DNA of 35,129 nucleotides from an uncultured Oscillospiraceae bacterium (GCA_964655605.1 CAZZNN010000003.1:1-35129), one strand, 5' to 3'; positions 17,402-26,247 are shown, counted from the first letter of the stretch. The notes: generated by a model from the letters alone, not told the origin. Numbers and translations are program-made.

Positions 17402-18555
17402 AATACCGCCGCGAAGAACACATCTCCGCCCTCACTTTTGATTTTTTTCGCCGCGAAATGCATTTCTTTTGCGCTCACAGGCTCCGAAATATACGCGCCG
17501 TTTTCAAGCGCCCTTGCGCACGGCGGCAAGCCGGTTTCGCCGCGCGCGGACGAATTGATATAGTAGCTGCGCAAATGGCGCGAATTATCTATATTTGGGC
17601 GTGAAAGCGTGCGGACGCCGCCCGAAAGGCGTTTATACAGCCCGTCGCCGCGCGAAACGGCCAATATATCGCAAATCACATTATTCGCCGTTGGGTAATT
17701 GCCCGCGCCCGCGCCGCAAAAGCTCTGCACGCCGCACCACTCGCCTTCGTAGGACAGCAGGTTGCCGCTTCCTGCGACGGAGGTTTCCAAGCTTTCCGCA
17801 CTCAACAGCCAAGGCTCAACAACCGCCGATATTGCGCCGTCCTCCGCGTGCTCCGCCGCGCCTATAAGCTTGCAGCAGCGCCCAAGCTTTTTAAATTGCT
17901 CTATATCCGCCAGCGTAACGCCGCGTATCCCGCAAACCGCAATATCCCCGGTTTCGCAGCTAAAGGCGATATTCATTGAAACGGCCAGCTTTGACGCGGT
18001 GTCAAGCCCGTCTATATCGCGGGTGGGGTCGGCCTCGGCAAAGCCAAGCGACTGCGCGCTTTTGAGCGCCGCAGAGAAATCCGCGCCGCAGCGCGTCATT
18101 TCATCGAGAATAAAATTGCAGGTGCCGTTCATGGTGCCGCGAAGCTTTGTTATCCTGTTTATCTGGGCGGCCTCTATTAGATTTCTAAGCCACGGTATGC
18201 CGCCGCCGACGCTCGCTGAAAAGCGCAAGTCCACGCCGTTTTCATCGGCAAGGCGCAAAAGCTCGCCGTAATGCTTCGCCATGACGAGTTTATTGGCCGT
18301 GACAACGTTTTTTCCGTGTCTGAGCGCGGAGGCTATATAGTCGTAAGCGGGCGCCTCGCCGCCTATAAGCTCAACTACGGTGCTAATTGCAGCGTCGCTT
18401 ACAATTTTATCAAAGTCGCGCGTAAAGCGTGCGCCAAGCTCGCTCCGCTCATGCCTTGCGAGCACATATTTAACCTCTGCTTCCGCGCCCATCGCGCTCA
18501 ATATCTCGTATACGCCGCCACCCACGACGCCATAACCCAATAAAGCAACCGCCAT
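17398..18555 (-). CDS. hom: Homoserine dehydrogenase
   Basis: LLGYGVVGGGV Rossmann motif, VVTANK, and catalytic-domain motifs (GTMNGTCNFIL, AQSLGFAEADPTRDIDGLD). Confidence 0.9.
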   Translation of the reverse strand: MAVALLGYGVVGGGVYEILSAMGAEAEVKYVLARHERSELGARFTRDFDKIVSDAAISTVVELIGGEAPAYDYIASALRHGKNVVTANKLVMAKHYGELLRLADENGVDLRFSASVGGGIPWLRNLIEAAQINRITKLRGTMNGTCNFILDEMTRCGADFSAALKSAQSLGFAEADPTRDIDGLDTASKLAVSMNIAFSCETGDIAVCGIRGVTLADIEQFKKLGRCCKLIGAAEHAEDGAISAVVEPWLLSAESLETSVAGSGNLLSYEGEWCGVQSFCGAGAGNYPTANNVICDILAVSRGDGLYKRLSGGVRTLSRPNIDNSRHLRSYYINSSARGETGLPPCARALENGAYISEPVSAKEMHFAAKKIKSEGGDVFFAAVL

Positions 18556-18589
18556 AGATTTCCCTTTCGTGTTTTTATTTCAAAAACAC

Positions 18590-18618
18590 TTGTATTTATT
18601 TAGCGGACAGTTTATCAT
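18590..18618 (+). promoter_or_regulatory. Candidate thrC promoter TTGTAT-17 nt-TATCAT
   Basis: The hexamers and spacing were read directly in the 102-nt hom/thrC divergent region. Confidence 0.35.
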
Positions 18619-18657
18619 GTTAATCAACGAATTGCAATAGCCAAAAAGGAGTTTTTT

Positions 18658-20115
18658 ATGCGATATTCAAGCACCAGAAACGACGCGGCAAGCGTCTCTC
18701 CCGCTCAAGCCGTTGTAGATGGACTCGCATCCGACGGCGGGCTTTATATTTTCGACAAGCTTGAAAGGCTTGCCTTTGACGGCGCGAAGCTTGCATCGCT
18801 TGGCGAAAGCGAGCTTTATTCAAGGATATTGAGCGTGTTTTTTTCCGATGTGGAGCCAAGCGAGCTAAGCGGCATAATTAAGGCGAGCTATGAGGGCAAG
18901 TTTACCTCCGATGAGATAACGCCGTTAAAGCGCGTTGGCGACGCTTATATGCTTGAGCTTTTTCACGGGCCGACAGCGGCGTTCAAGGACGTGGCGCTTT
19001 CATTTTTGCCGAAAATAATGCAAAAAAGCAAGGAAATATTGGGCATAAGCGCAAAAACGCTCGTGCTCACCGCCACCAGCGGCGACACCGGCAAGGCGGC
19101 GCTGGAGGGCTTTGCGGGCGCGAGGAATATCGATATAGGCGTTTTTTATCCGCACGGCGGCGTGAGCGAGATACAGTTAAGGCAGATGACCTCGCACGCG
19201 AGCGCGAACGCATTCGTTTGCGGCATACGCGGCAATTTTGACGACGCGCAAACCGCCGTCAAGGCGGCGTTTGGGGACGAGGAGCTAAGGCGGCTTTGCT
19301 CGCTTTCGAGTGCGAACTCGATAAATATAGGCCGTCTTGCGCCGCAGGTGTGCTACTATTTCGCCGCATACTCCTCGCTTTTAAGGCAAAACGCCATAAG
19401 CGCGGGCGAAAGGGTGAATTTCATTGTGCCGACCGGCAATTTTGGCGATATACTCGCCGGACACTTCGCGCGGCTCATGGGGCTGCCAATAGCAAAGCTT
19501 ATATGCGCGTCAAACGAAAACAACGTGCTCACCGATTTTATCCGTACCGGCCGCTACGACCGCAGGCGCGAGCTGATAAAAACGGCCTCGCCATCTATGG
19601 ATATAGTTATTTCCAGCAATCTTGAGCGGCTGCTTTACCTTTTATCCGGGCGCGACGCCGCCAAGGTGCGCGCGCTCATGGGCGAGCTTGCCGTTAGCGG
19701 CGAATACACAATAGACGACGAAATGCTCTTAGCCCTAAAGGCGGGCTTTTCGGCCGCATACTGCACCGATATTGAAGCTTTCGCGGCGATAAAGGCCGTT
19801 TTTGAGCGCACGGGCTATCTTATGGATACGCACACGGCGGTCGCGTGGGGCGCTTATGAAAAGCTAAAGCGCGAGTTCACAGCGCCAAGCGTGGTGCTCG
19901 CAACGGCTTCGCCTTATAAATTCGCGCCGAGCATACTAAGGGCGCTAACGGGCGAAAGCCTTGACGGCTTCGCCGCGCTCGACAGGCTATCCGCGTTCAC
20001 AGGCTCTCCAGTGCCCAAAAGCCTTTCAGGGCTAAGAGAGCTGCCCATTATACATAAGGATATTATCGAGCGCGGCGAGATAATTTCCTATATAAAAGCG
20101 AGGGCGGAAATATGA
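18658..20115 (+). CDS. thrC: Threonine synthase (long form)
   Basis: MRYSSTRN start and the PLP-lysine motif (GPTAAFKDVAL). An AAAGGAG SD is present. Confidence 0.93.
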   Translation: MRYSSTRNDAASVSPAQAVVDGLASDGGLYIFDKLERLAFDGAKLASLGESELYSRILSVFFSDVEPSELSGIIKASYEGKFTSDEITPLKRVGDAYMLELFHGPTAAFKDVALSFLPKIMQKSKEILGISAKTLVLTATSGDTGKAALEGFAGARNIDIGVFYPHGGVSEIQLRQMTSHASANAFVCGIRGNFDDAQTAVKAAFGDEELRRLCSLSSANSINIGRLAPQVCYYFAAYSSLLRQNAISAGERVNFIVPTGNFGDILAGHFARLMGLPIAKLICASNENNVLTDFIRTGRYDRRRELIKTASPSMDIVISSNLERLLYLLSGRDAAKVRALMGELAVSGEYTIDDEMLLALKAGFSAAYCTDIEAFAAIKAVFERTGYLMDTHTAVAWGAYEKLKREFTAPSVVLATASPYKFAPSILRALTGESLDGFAALDRLSAFTGSPVPKSLSGLRELPIIHKDIIERGEIISYIKARAEI

Positions 20116-21002
20116 AAATATGCGTGCGCGTACCCGCAACGAGCGCCAATATCGGCCCCGGCTTTGATTCGCTCGGCCTTGCGCTGGCGCTTTACTGCAA
20201 TGTGGAATTTTGTGAAAACAGCGGCGGCATAAGCATATCCGGCTGCGATAAAAAATATGCAACGGCGGATAATCTTGCGCTCATAGCGTATAAATATACA
20301 TTTGAACGTCTGGGGCGGCAGTTTGACGGGGTAAGTGTGAAAATAAAGAGCGACATTCCAGTTGCGCGCGGGCTTGGCTCAAGCGCGGCGCTCACCGTGG
20401 CGGGCGTCGTTGCGGCGAATGAAATGTGCGGCGGCACGCTCACAAAGCAGGAAATACTTAAAATCTGCACTGAGCTCGAAGGGCATCCGGATAATGCCGC
20501 TCCCGCGATATACGGCGAGCTCACCGCGAGCATGATGCAGGACAATATTCCATATTGCGTAAGCTATCCCGTGAACGAAAACGTCTCTTTCATCGCGCTC
20601 GTGCCGCCTTTTGAAACCTCAACAAAAGCGGCGCGCGCGCTTTTGCCAAAAAAGATAGCTTATTGCGACGCGATACACAATATCTCGCACACCGCGCTGC
20701 TTTTAAAGGCGCTTGAATTTGGCGACGCAAAGCTTATAGCCGCCTCGCTAAGGGACGCCTTGCACGAGCCTTATAGAAAAGCGCTCATACCCGATTTCGA
20801 CCGGGTCAAGGCGCTTGCGCTCGCAAACGGCGCCGCCGCTTTTTACATAAGCGGCTCCGGCTCAACATGCATGGGCGTTTTCTTTGAAGACAACTTTCAC
20901 ACAAAAATCGAATTGGCGCTGTCGGCTCAAGGAATAGCTTGGGAGCTCGTGCCGCTAATGGTGGATTATCGCGGCGCGAAAATAATGCGGAAGGAAGCTT
21001 GA
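20112..21002 (+). CDS. thrB: Homoserine kinase
   Basis: VPATSANIGPGFDSLG and the GHMP-kinase motif PVARGLGSSAA. There is a 4-nt overlap with thrC. Confidence 0.93.
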   Translation: MKICVRVPATSANIGPGFDSLGLALALYCNVEFCENSGGISISGCDKKYATADNLALIAYKYTFERLGRQFDGVSVKIKSDIPVARGLGSSAALTVAGVVAANEMCGGTLTKQEILKICTELEGHPDNAAPAIYGELTASMMQDNIPYCVSYPVNENVSFIALVPPFETSTKAARALLPKKIAYCDAIHNISHTALLLKALEFGDAKLIAASLRDALHEPYRKALIPDFDRVKALALANGAAAFYISGSGSTCMGVFFEDNFHTKIELALSAQGIAWELVPLMVDYRGAKIMRKEA

Positions 21003-21003
21003 A

Positions 21004-21441
21004 ATGAAGGACGAATATCTCATAGTGAATAAAAAAATACTGCCCGATTATTTTGAAAAAATAGTCGAGGTGCGCACGCTGCTTTCAAACGGCGTTATAA
21101 AGGAGGTAAGCGAGGCGGTAAAAAAGGTGGGCATATCGCGCAGCACCTATTATAAATATAAAGACTACATTTTTATGCCGTCGGACGATTCTATATGCTC
21201 AAAGGCGGTGCTGTCATTTTTGCTCACGCACGAGACGGGCATATTGAGCGGGCTTTTAAACGCGCTATCCTCCTTTGGCGCGAACGTGCTCACAATAATG
21301 CAGAGCCCGCCCATAAGCGGCCGCGCTAACGTTGTGATAACGCTCGACATAATAAACGTCAGCCTGTCCGCAGAGGAAATGCTCGCCTCGCTTTCGAAGC
21401 TCGAAGGCGTGCAGACGGCGCGGCTTGTGGATATTGAATAA
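21004..21441 (+). CDS. UPF0735 ACT domain-containing protein (PheB-like) with an N-terminal HTH-like segment
   Basis: ISRSTYYKYKDYIF followed by an ACT fold (LSFLLTHETGILSGLLNALSSFGANVLTI). It starts 2 nt after the thrB stop. Confidence 0.8.
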   Translation: MKDEYLIVNKKILPDYFEKIVEVRTLLSNGVIKEVSEAVKKVGISRSTYYKYKDYIFMPSDDSICSKAVLSFLLTHETGILSGLLNALSSFGANVLTIMQSPPISGRANVVITLDIINVSLSAEEMLASLSKLEGVQTARLVDIE

Positions 21442-21487
21442 CCTATGTTACAATAAAACCAAGGTTAGTCAAACGAAGGAGAAATTT

Positions 21488-22843
21488 ATGTCAACTTTAT
21501 TGATAAAAAACGCAAAGGCTATTGTCACCTGCGACGATTTAGACACCGTGCTCACCGACTCTTCCATATATATAAGGGACGGCTTTATAGAGAGCCTCGG
21601 CGGCGATGAAAAAGAGGCCGACGAGGTGATCGACGGCACGGGCATGCTATGCTATCCCGGCCTTGTGAACACGCACCACCACCTATATCAGGTGTTCTCG
21701 CGCAACCTTGCGGCGGTGCAGAACATGGAGCTTTTCGACTGGCTAAAATATTTATATGAAATATGGAAAAATCTCGATTCTCAGGTTATACGCCTCTCGT
21801 CGCTCACGGGCATGGGCGAGCTATTAAAAACCGGCTGCACCACCTGCTTTGACCATCATTATGTTTTTCCAAAGGCTGCGGGACAGCTTTTGATAGACAC
21901 GCAGTTTGAGGCGGCAAGCGAGCTTGGCATACGCATGCACGCCTCGCGCGGAAGCATGAGCCTTTCTAAAAAGGACGGCGGGCTGCCGCCGGACAGCGTG
22001 GTGCAGAGCGTTGATGAAATACTGCTGGACAGCGAGCGGCTCATAAAGGAATATCACGACGGGAGCATTGGCTCAATGCGCCAGATAGCGCTTGCGCCGT
22101 GCTCGCCTTTCTCAGTGACAAAGGAGCTATTAAAAAGCTCGGCGGCACTCGCGCGCGTATACGGCGTGCGGCTGCACACGCATTTGTGCGAAACCAAGGA
22201 CGAGGAACGCTTCACTTTGGAAAAGTGCGGCATGCGTCCATTTGAATATATGCAGTCCGTCTCATGGACGGGCAGCGACGTTTGGTACGCGCACGGCATA
22301 CACTTTAACGACGATGAGTTAAAGGAGCTTGCGCGCACTAAAACCGGCGTGGCGCACTGCCCTATATCCAATATGAAGCTATCGAGCGGCGTGGCGCGCA
22401 TTGGCGACATGCTAAGGCTTCAAATACCCGTTGGCCTTGGCGTTGACGGCAGCGCGAGCAACGATGGCTCCAACATGCTTGAGGAAATGCGCGTCTGCTA
22501 TCTATTGCACAGGCTTTTTGAGAATAACGCCGCCCCCACGGGCTACGACGTGCTAAAAATCGCCACACGCGGCGGAGCCAACGTGCTTGGCCGCACGGAT
22601 ATTGGTCAGCTTGCAAAGGGCAAATGCGCGGATCTATTCATGATAGACTCGCGGCGCATAGAGCTTGCGGGCGCAACGCTCGACCCGCGCTCCATGCTCG
22701 CCACTGTTGGCTTTAAGGGCGCTGTTGACCACACGATTGTAAACGGCAGGCATGTTGTGAAAAATGGACGCTTGGCTAATATTGACGAGGCCAAGCTCGC
22801 ATTTGACGCAAACGAAAAAGCAAATAGGTATTTGGGGGTATAA
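21488..22843 (+). CDS. Amidohydrolase-superfamily deaminase (8-oxoguanine deaminase / chlorohydrolase-like)
   Basis: NTHHHLYQ metal-binding motif, HTHLCET and VGLGVDGSASND. The start is set at the ATG at 21488 (MSTLLIKNA...), which has an AAGGAG SD. Confidence 0.7.
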   Translation: MSTLLIKNAKAIVTCDDLDTVLTDSSIYIRDGFIESLGGDEKEADEVIDGTGMLCYPGLVNTHHHLYQVFSRNLAAVQNMELFDWLKYLYEIWKNLDSQVIRLSSLTGMGELLKTGCTTCFDHHYVFPKAAGQLLIDTQFEAASELGIRMHASRGSMSLSKKDGGLPPDSVVQSVDEILLDSERLIKEYHDGSIGSMRQIALAPCSPFSVTKELLKSSAALARVYGVRLHTHLCETKDEERFTLEKCGMRPFEYMQSVSWTGSDVWYAHGIHFNDDELKELARTKTGVAHCPISNMKLSSGVARIGDMLRLQIPVGLGVDGSASNDGSNMLEEMRVCYLLHRLFENNAAPTGYDVLKIATRGGANVLGRTDIGQLAKGKCADLFMIDSRRIELAGATLDPRSMLATVGFKGAVDHTIVNGRHVVKNGRLANIDEAKLAFDANEKANRYLGV

Positions 22844-23284
22844 ATGGAAAATAGATACGAATGGCTCGAAGGCTATCTGCTTTCAAAGCCCGGCGCTCAG
22901 AAGGATTACAAGGCCGAGTGGGAGTGGTGGCGCTTTCGCGTACACGAAAAAATGTTCGCGGCGATATGCACGCCGGGGCCAAAGTTTCCCGCCTACGGCG
23001 AGCGCACTATAATATCGCTCAAATGCGACACGCAGCTTGCCGAGCTTTTCCGCGCGCAGTATGAGGACGTTATCCCCGGATTTTATATGGATAAGGCGAA
23101 TTGGAACTCCGTCTTTTTAGATGGCGGCGTGCCTGACGATGTGCTTCGCGGCATGTGCGACATGGCATACAGCCTTGTGTTTAACAAACTCACGAAGAAA
23201 GCACAGAAGGAAATAATAGAGGGGCAAGCTGAAGTGGATAACAATATAGGCGGCTCGCGGGCCGCCCCTGCGATAAAGGGCTAA
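22844..23284 (+). CDS. MmcQ/YjbR family DNA-binding protein
   Basis: The family pattern is visible: KMFAAI...ISLKCD...IPGFYMDKANWNSVFLDG. It starts immediately after the preceding stop codon. Confidence 0.75.
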   Translation: MENRYEWLEGYLLSKPGAQKDYKAEWEWWRFRVHEKMFAAICTPGPKFPAYGERTIISLKCDTQLAELFRAQYEDVIPGFYMDKANWNSVFLDGGVPDDVLRGMCDMAYSLVFNKLTKKAQKEIIEGQAEVDNNIGGSRAAPAIKG

Positions 23285-23898
23285 TTTATGCTGTCTGTGA
23301 GCCGCGAATAAAATTTTGATATGTGTACTCCGTCAACAAGGGCGTGATTGCACAGCACGCTTACGGGCATGAGCATTCTTCCGTTTTGCTCAAAGTAGCC
23401 GCCCCAGGTTATGCGCGGATTGCTGTCCGCAGGGGTGGGGGTTGGCTGAACGAGCGCAGTATAGCTTAGCCACGGCATGGTTGAAATAAAAAGACAGCCG
23501 AGCGCCTCGGCGGCGTCCTCGTCTATATTCCCGCAGCTCGCGCACGCGAGCTGTTTTTCTTTTGCGTAAGGTATAAATTCATCGAGCGGCTTTTTACAAT
23601 CGAGCGTGCAATAGGCATAAGTGCCGTCCGGCTTTGCGACGGTGTGCGAGGTGGGGCAATTATCAAATTCAACTATTGCGCCGTCTAGTATGCGCAGGCG
23701 AAATTCGCTCACGGCATTAGCGCTTTTGGCGGCATGCCAAAGGAACGTGAGAAAGAAAGGCTGGCCGTCGCGCTTGGTTTTGGCCAAAAAATCCGTTATG
23801 TCAACATTCGCCGTAACGCCAACATAGGGGTTTGCCAAGGATTTAAAATAATCAAAATGCGCCCTGCGCGGATAGGTTTCCATATCGAACTTTTTCAT
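23281..23898 (-). CDS. CatA-like (type A chloramphenicol) O-acetyltransferase family protein
   Basis: The N-terminus (YPRRAHFDYFKS) and the catalytic-His region (VSVLCNHALVDGVHISKFY) resemble type A CAT. Substrate specificity cannot be determined from the sequence. Confidence 0.75.
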   Translation of the reverse strand: MKKFDMETYPRRAHFDYFKSLANPYVGVTANVDITDFLAKTKRDGQPFFLTFLWHAAKSANAVSEFRLRILDGAIVEFDNCPTSHTVAKPDGTYAYCTLDCKKPLDEFIPYAKEKQLACASCGNIDEDAAEALGCLFISTMPWLSYTALVQPTPTPADSNPRITWGGYFEQNGRMLMPVSVLCNHALVDGVHISKFYSRLTDSIN

Positions 23899-24045
23899 AT
23901 TTATACCATAGCTTTCGCTTGCGAAAGCATCCTTATGTGGGAGTTGAGGGTGGATGCGTCAGCAAAATATCCGCCGCCTCAAAGACATTATAGCACAACT
24001 ATGATATACTATGCTTATAAAATGTTGAGCAAAAGGGGGCTCTAT

Positions 24046-24438
24046 ATGATAAAAATCAGCACTCAGGCCGACTGTGAGCGCGTACACGCGCGGCTGCGCG
24101 AATACAATCACAAATTTTACGGCAAGGTTGAGGACTATAACTTTCACATCGAAATTGACGGCGAGATAGCCGCCGGAATAGTTGCGGCGAGCACTTTTGA
24201 CACGCTCGAGGTTGAATTTTTGTTCGTTGAGGAAAAATATCGCGGGCAGGGGCTTGGCTCAAAGCTGCTTGAGCACGCCGAAGCGCTTGCCAAGGCCAAT
24301 GGGCTAAAGCGCGTGCTTTTGAACACATATAGCTTCCAAGCTCCGCTTTTTTATAGAAAGCTCGGATATACCGAGCTTTTCAGGGTGGAGCCGTGCTTTG
24401 GGGAGCACAGCCAATATTTTTTTATGAAAGCGCTTTGA
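24046..24438 (+). CDS. GNAT family N-acetyltransferase
   Basis: LFVEEKYRGQGLGSKLL motif A. The start is set at the ATG at 24046, after an AAAGGGGG SD. The longer ORF-track N-terminus overlaps the cat gene on the opposite strand. Confidence 0.8.
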   Translation: MIKISTQADCERVHARLREYNHKFYGKVEDYNFHIEIDGEIAAGIVAASTFDTLEVEFLFVEEKYRGQGLGSKLLEHAEALAKANGLKRVLLNTYSFQAPLFYRKLGYTELFRVEPCFGEHSQYFFMKAL

Positions 24439-25797
24439 TTATTTTTCCCACTCGAGCCTCACGCGGAGGCGCGGCAGGCGCTTATAGTCATTTTCGCTGT
24501 TAATGGCGAGGCCGTCCGCGCGGAACAGCGAAAGCAAAAGTCCCGCTAAAGCAAAGCAGATAATGAGCGACGCATTATCAAAAGGCGAAAACGGCAGCGG
24601 CAGCACCGCGCCCGAATACAAGCCAAGGTTCACGGCAATATAGTTTACGGTGCGCACGAAAAAGCCCAGTATAACGCTGCTTCCAACGACTCTGCCCACA
24701 AGGCTTTTTAAGCGCAGCGCCCTATACGCGCCCACCGCCATGAACCCAAGGAGCGCCGCCGCTATGAGCGCCGCAGGTAAAAAACCGTAGCGCTGAATTA
24801 TCGTGGTTAAAAGATATTCGCCCGCAGCATTTCCCGAACGCCAGCCGCCCACGGAGAACCCCGCGGATATTGTGCGCGCCGTGTCCGCGCCGGAGCCCAG
24901 CAGCTGCCCTCCGCTTACGGCCTCGCGCACGCTCATACCATACCAACCAATGCCAAGCGGCGCTGTCTGTGGATTAAAAAGCGCATGGACTCTATAGCGA
25001 TGTATCACGCATACAATAAGGAATGCAATGGTTACAGCCACAGAGCATATCACTATCGGCAGCGCGCGATTTTTGCCGAAAATGCCGTTTGCGCTCGCAA
25101 CTATCAATATAAACAGGCTTACGGCGGCAAGCTCCGCCACGCTTATGCTCGCAGGTATCCTTATCAGCCCAAAAGCGACCAGTGCGACGCTTGAGCCAAA
25201 GAGGAACAGCGAGCCCATGCCTCGCTCGCGCACGCCGCACACGCACGCTGCCAAAAGCGGCGCAAGCAACATGGGCGCATAGCGCAGGCTCGCAATTAGC
25301 GCGCTATTGAGTCTGGTTATTCCCCATATCCTGCTCGCTATGCTGCTTAGCGCCACCGCAAGCACCGCCGCGCCATAAACATAGCCGGAGTAGCGCACGA
25401 GCTTATATGCATTTATATTGTATAAAAGCGCAAAAAGGCCGCAGCCCACCGCGAGCGACGCTATGTACTCCACCCACCCGCGCGTATCGCTTTCATAAAC
25501 GAGCGCGCGGCACGCTACGCTTATGAGCACCAACACCGCAAGCTGAATTATTAGCGTTTTTGTGTGCCTTGGCCTATATGAAGCGTCCAGCCGCGTGCCG
25601 ACATCTATAGCGTCTCCCATCTGCTCAACGGCTCTTATCTGAGCTTCTTGCGCCGTCATGCCTTCCTTTTGATATGCCTCCGCCTGATCCTCTATATGCG
25701 CGCTCAGCTCGCGCTCTATCGCTTCGTGCGCGGCTTTCCAGCGTACCTGAGACAGCACGGCGTCAAGATATTCGTTTCGTTTTTCAAGCTCCGCCAA
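24439..25797 (-). CDS. Membrane protein: PadR-associated permease-prefix N-terminal helix domain fused to a divergent FtsW/RodA/SpoVE (SEDS)-like polytopic region
   Basis: The N-terminus (EYLDAVLSQVRWKAAHEAIERELSAHIEDQ) is typical of genes that follow padR. The C-terminal blocks align by eye with RodA (AVSGGQLLGSG ~ AIGSGGLFGKG; NLGLYSGAVLPLPFSPF ~ [23 protein letters not shown]). It has a TTG start 8 nt after a GGGAGG SD and overlaps padR by 14 nt. Confidence 0.6.
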   Translation of the reverse strand: MAELEKRNEYLDAVLSQVRWKAAHEAIERELSAHIEDQAEAYQKEGMTAQEAQIRAVEQMGDAIDVGTRLDASYRPRHTKTLIIQLAVLVLISVACRALVYESDTRGWVEYIASLAVGCGLFALLYNINAYKLVRYSGYVYGAAVLAVALSSIASRIWGITRLNSALIASLRYAPMLLAPLLAACVCGVRERGMGSLFLFGSSVALVAFGLIRIPASISVAELAAVSLFILIVASANGIFGKNRALPIVICSVAVTIAFLIVCVIHRYRVHALFNPQTAPLGIGWYGMSVREAVSGGQLLGSGADTARTISAGFSVGGWRSGNAAGEYLLTTIIQRYGFLPAALIAAALLGFMAVGAYRALRLKSLVGRVVGSSVILGFFVRTVNYIAVNLGLYSGAVLPLPFSPFDNASLIICFALAGLLLSLFRADGLAINSENDYKRLPRLRVRLEWEK

Positions 25798-26125
25798 GTA
25801 AAGCGCCTCCCTCCAACACCTTGTTTACCGCGATATAAAATTCGCGCCACTCGCTCTTTTTTTCATCAAGCATGCCGCGCCCTTTTTTTGTGAGGCTGTA
25901 ATACTTTCTGACCCGTCCCGTTTCCGCCGTTTTTTCGTATACGCTTATAACGCCCTGCCCCTCAAGATCATGCAAAAGCGGATAAAGCGTGCCCGCTTTG
26001 AGCGCGAACGTATTCTCCGAGCGCGCGCTTAGCTCCTCTATCATTTGATAGCCATACATATCTTCGTCTTCAAGCAGCTTTAAAAGCATGAGCGACGTGC
26101 TTCTGGTAACAAGCGTTTTATCCAT
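25784..26125 (-). CDS. PadR family transcriptional regulator (113 aa)
   Basis: MLLKLLEDEDMYGYQMIEELSARSENTFALKAGTLYPLLHDLEGQGVI is the canonical PadR wHTH. The start is set at the ATG at 26125, with a GGAGG SD. The 279-aa ORF-track version is an artefactual extension. Confidence 0.9.
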   Translation of the reverse strand: MDKTLVTRSTSLMLLKLLEDEDMYGYQMIEELSARSENTFALKAGTLYPLLHDLEGQGVISVYEKTAETGRVRKYYSLTKKGRGMLDEKKSEWREFYIAVNKVLEGGALLGGA

Positions 26126-26144
26126 GCTCAAAATCGACCGCCTC

Positions 26145-26197
26145 CTATATATCGGATTTCTATATATCAGTATATATCGGCAGTCTATATATGTCAA
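26145..26197 (-). promoter_or_regulatory. padR promoter (TTGACA-17 nt-TATACT) overlaid by four TATATAT(C/G) boxes; candidate PadR operator array
   Basis: The -35 is at 26192-26197 and the -10 at 26169-26174 (minus strand). The boxes are at 26146-53, 26161-68, 26171-78 and 26186-93, spaced 15, 10 and 15 nt apart. Confidence 0.4.
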
Positions 26198-26247
26198 GTC
26201 AGTTTGCCTTGCTAACAGATTTTTTATCGTGAAATCAAAATTTCTGC

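Noticed and set aside
18556-18657. A possible T-box, lysine riboswitch or SAM riboswitch controlling the hom/aspartate-kinase or thrC operons.
   Set aside because: The shared divergent region is only 102 nt and is largely used up by two promoters and two SDs. That is too short for any of these leader RNAs. Only a small inverted repeat is present (GTGTTTTT-N5-AAAAACAC).
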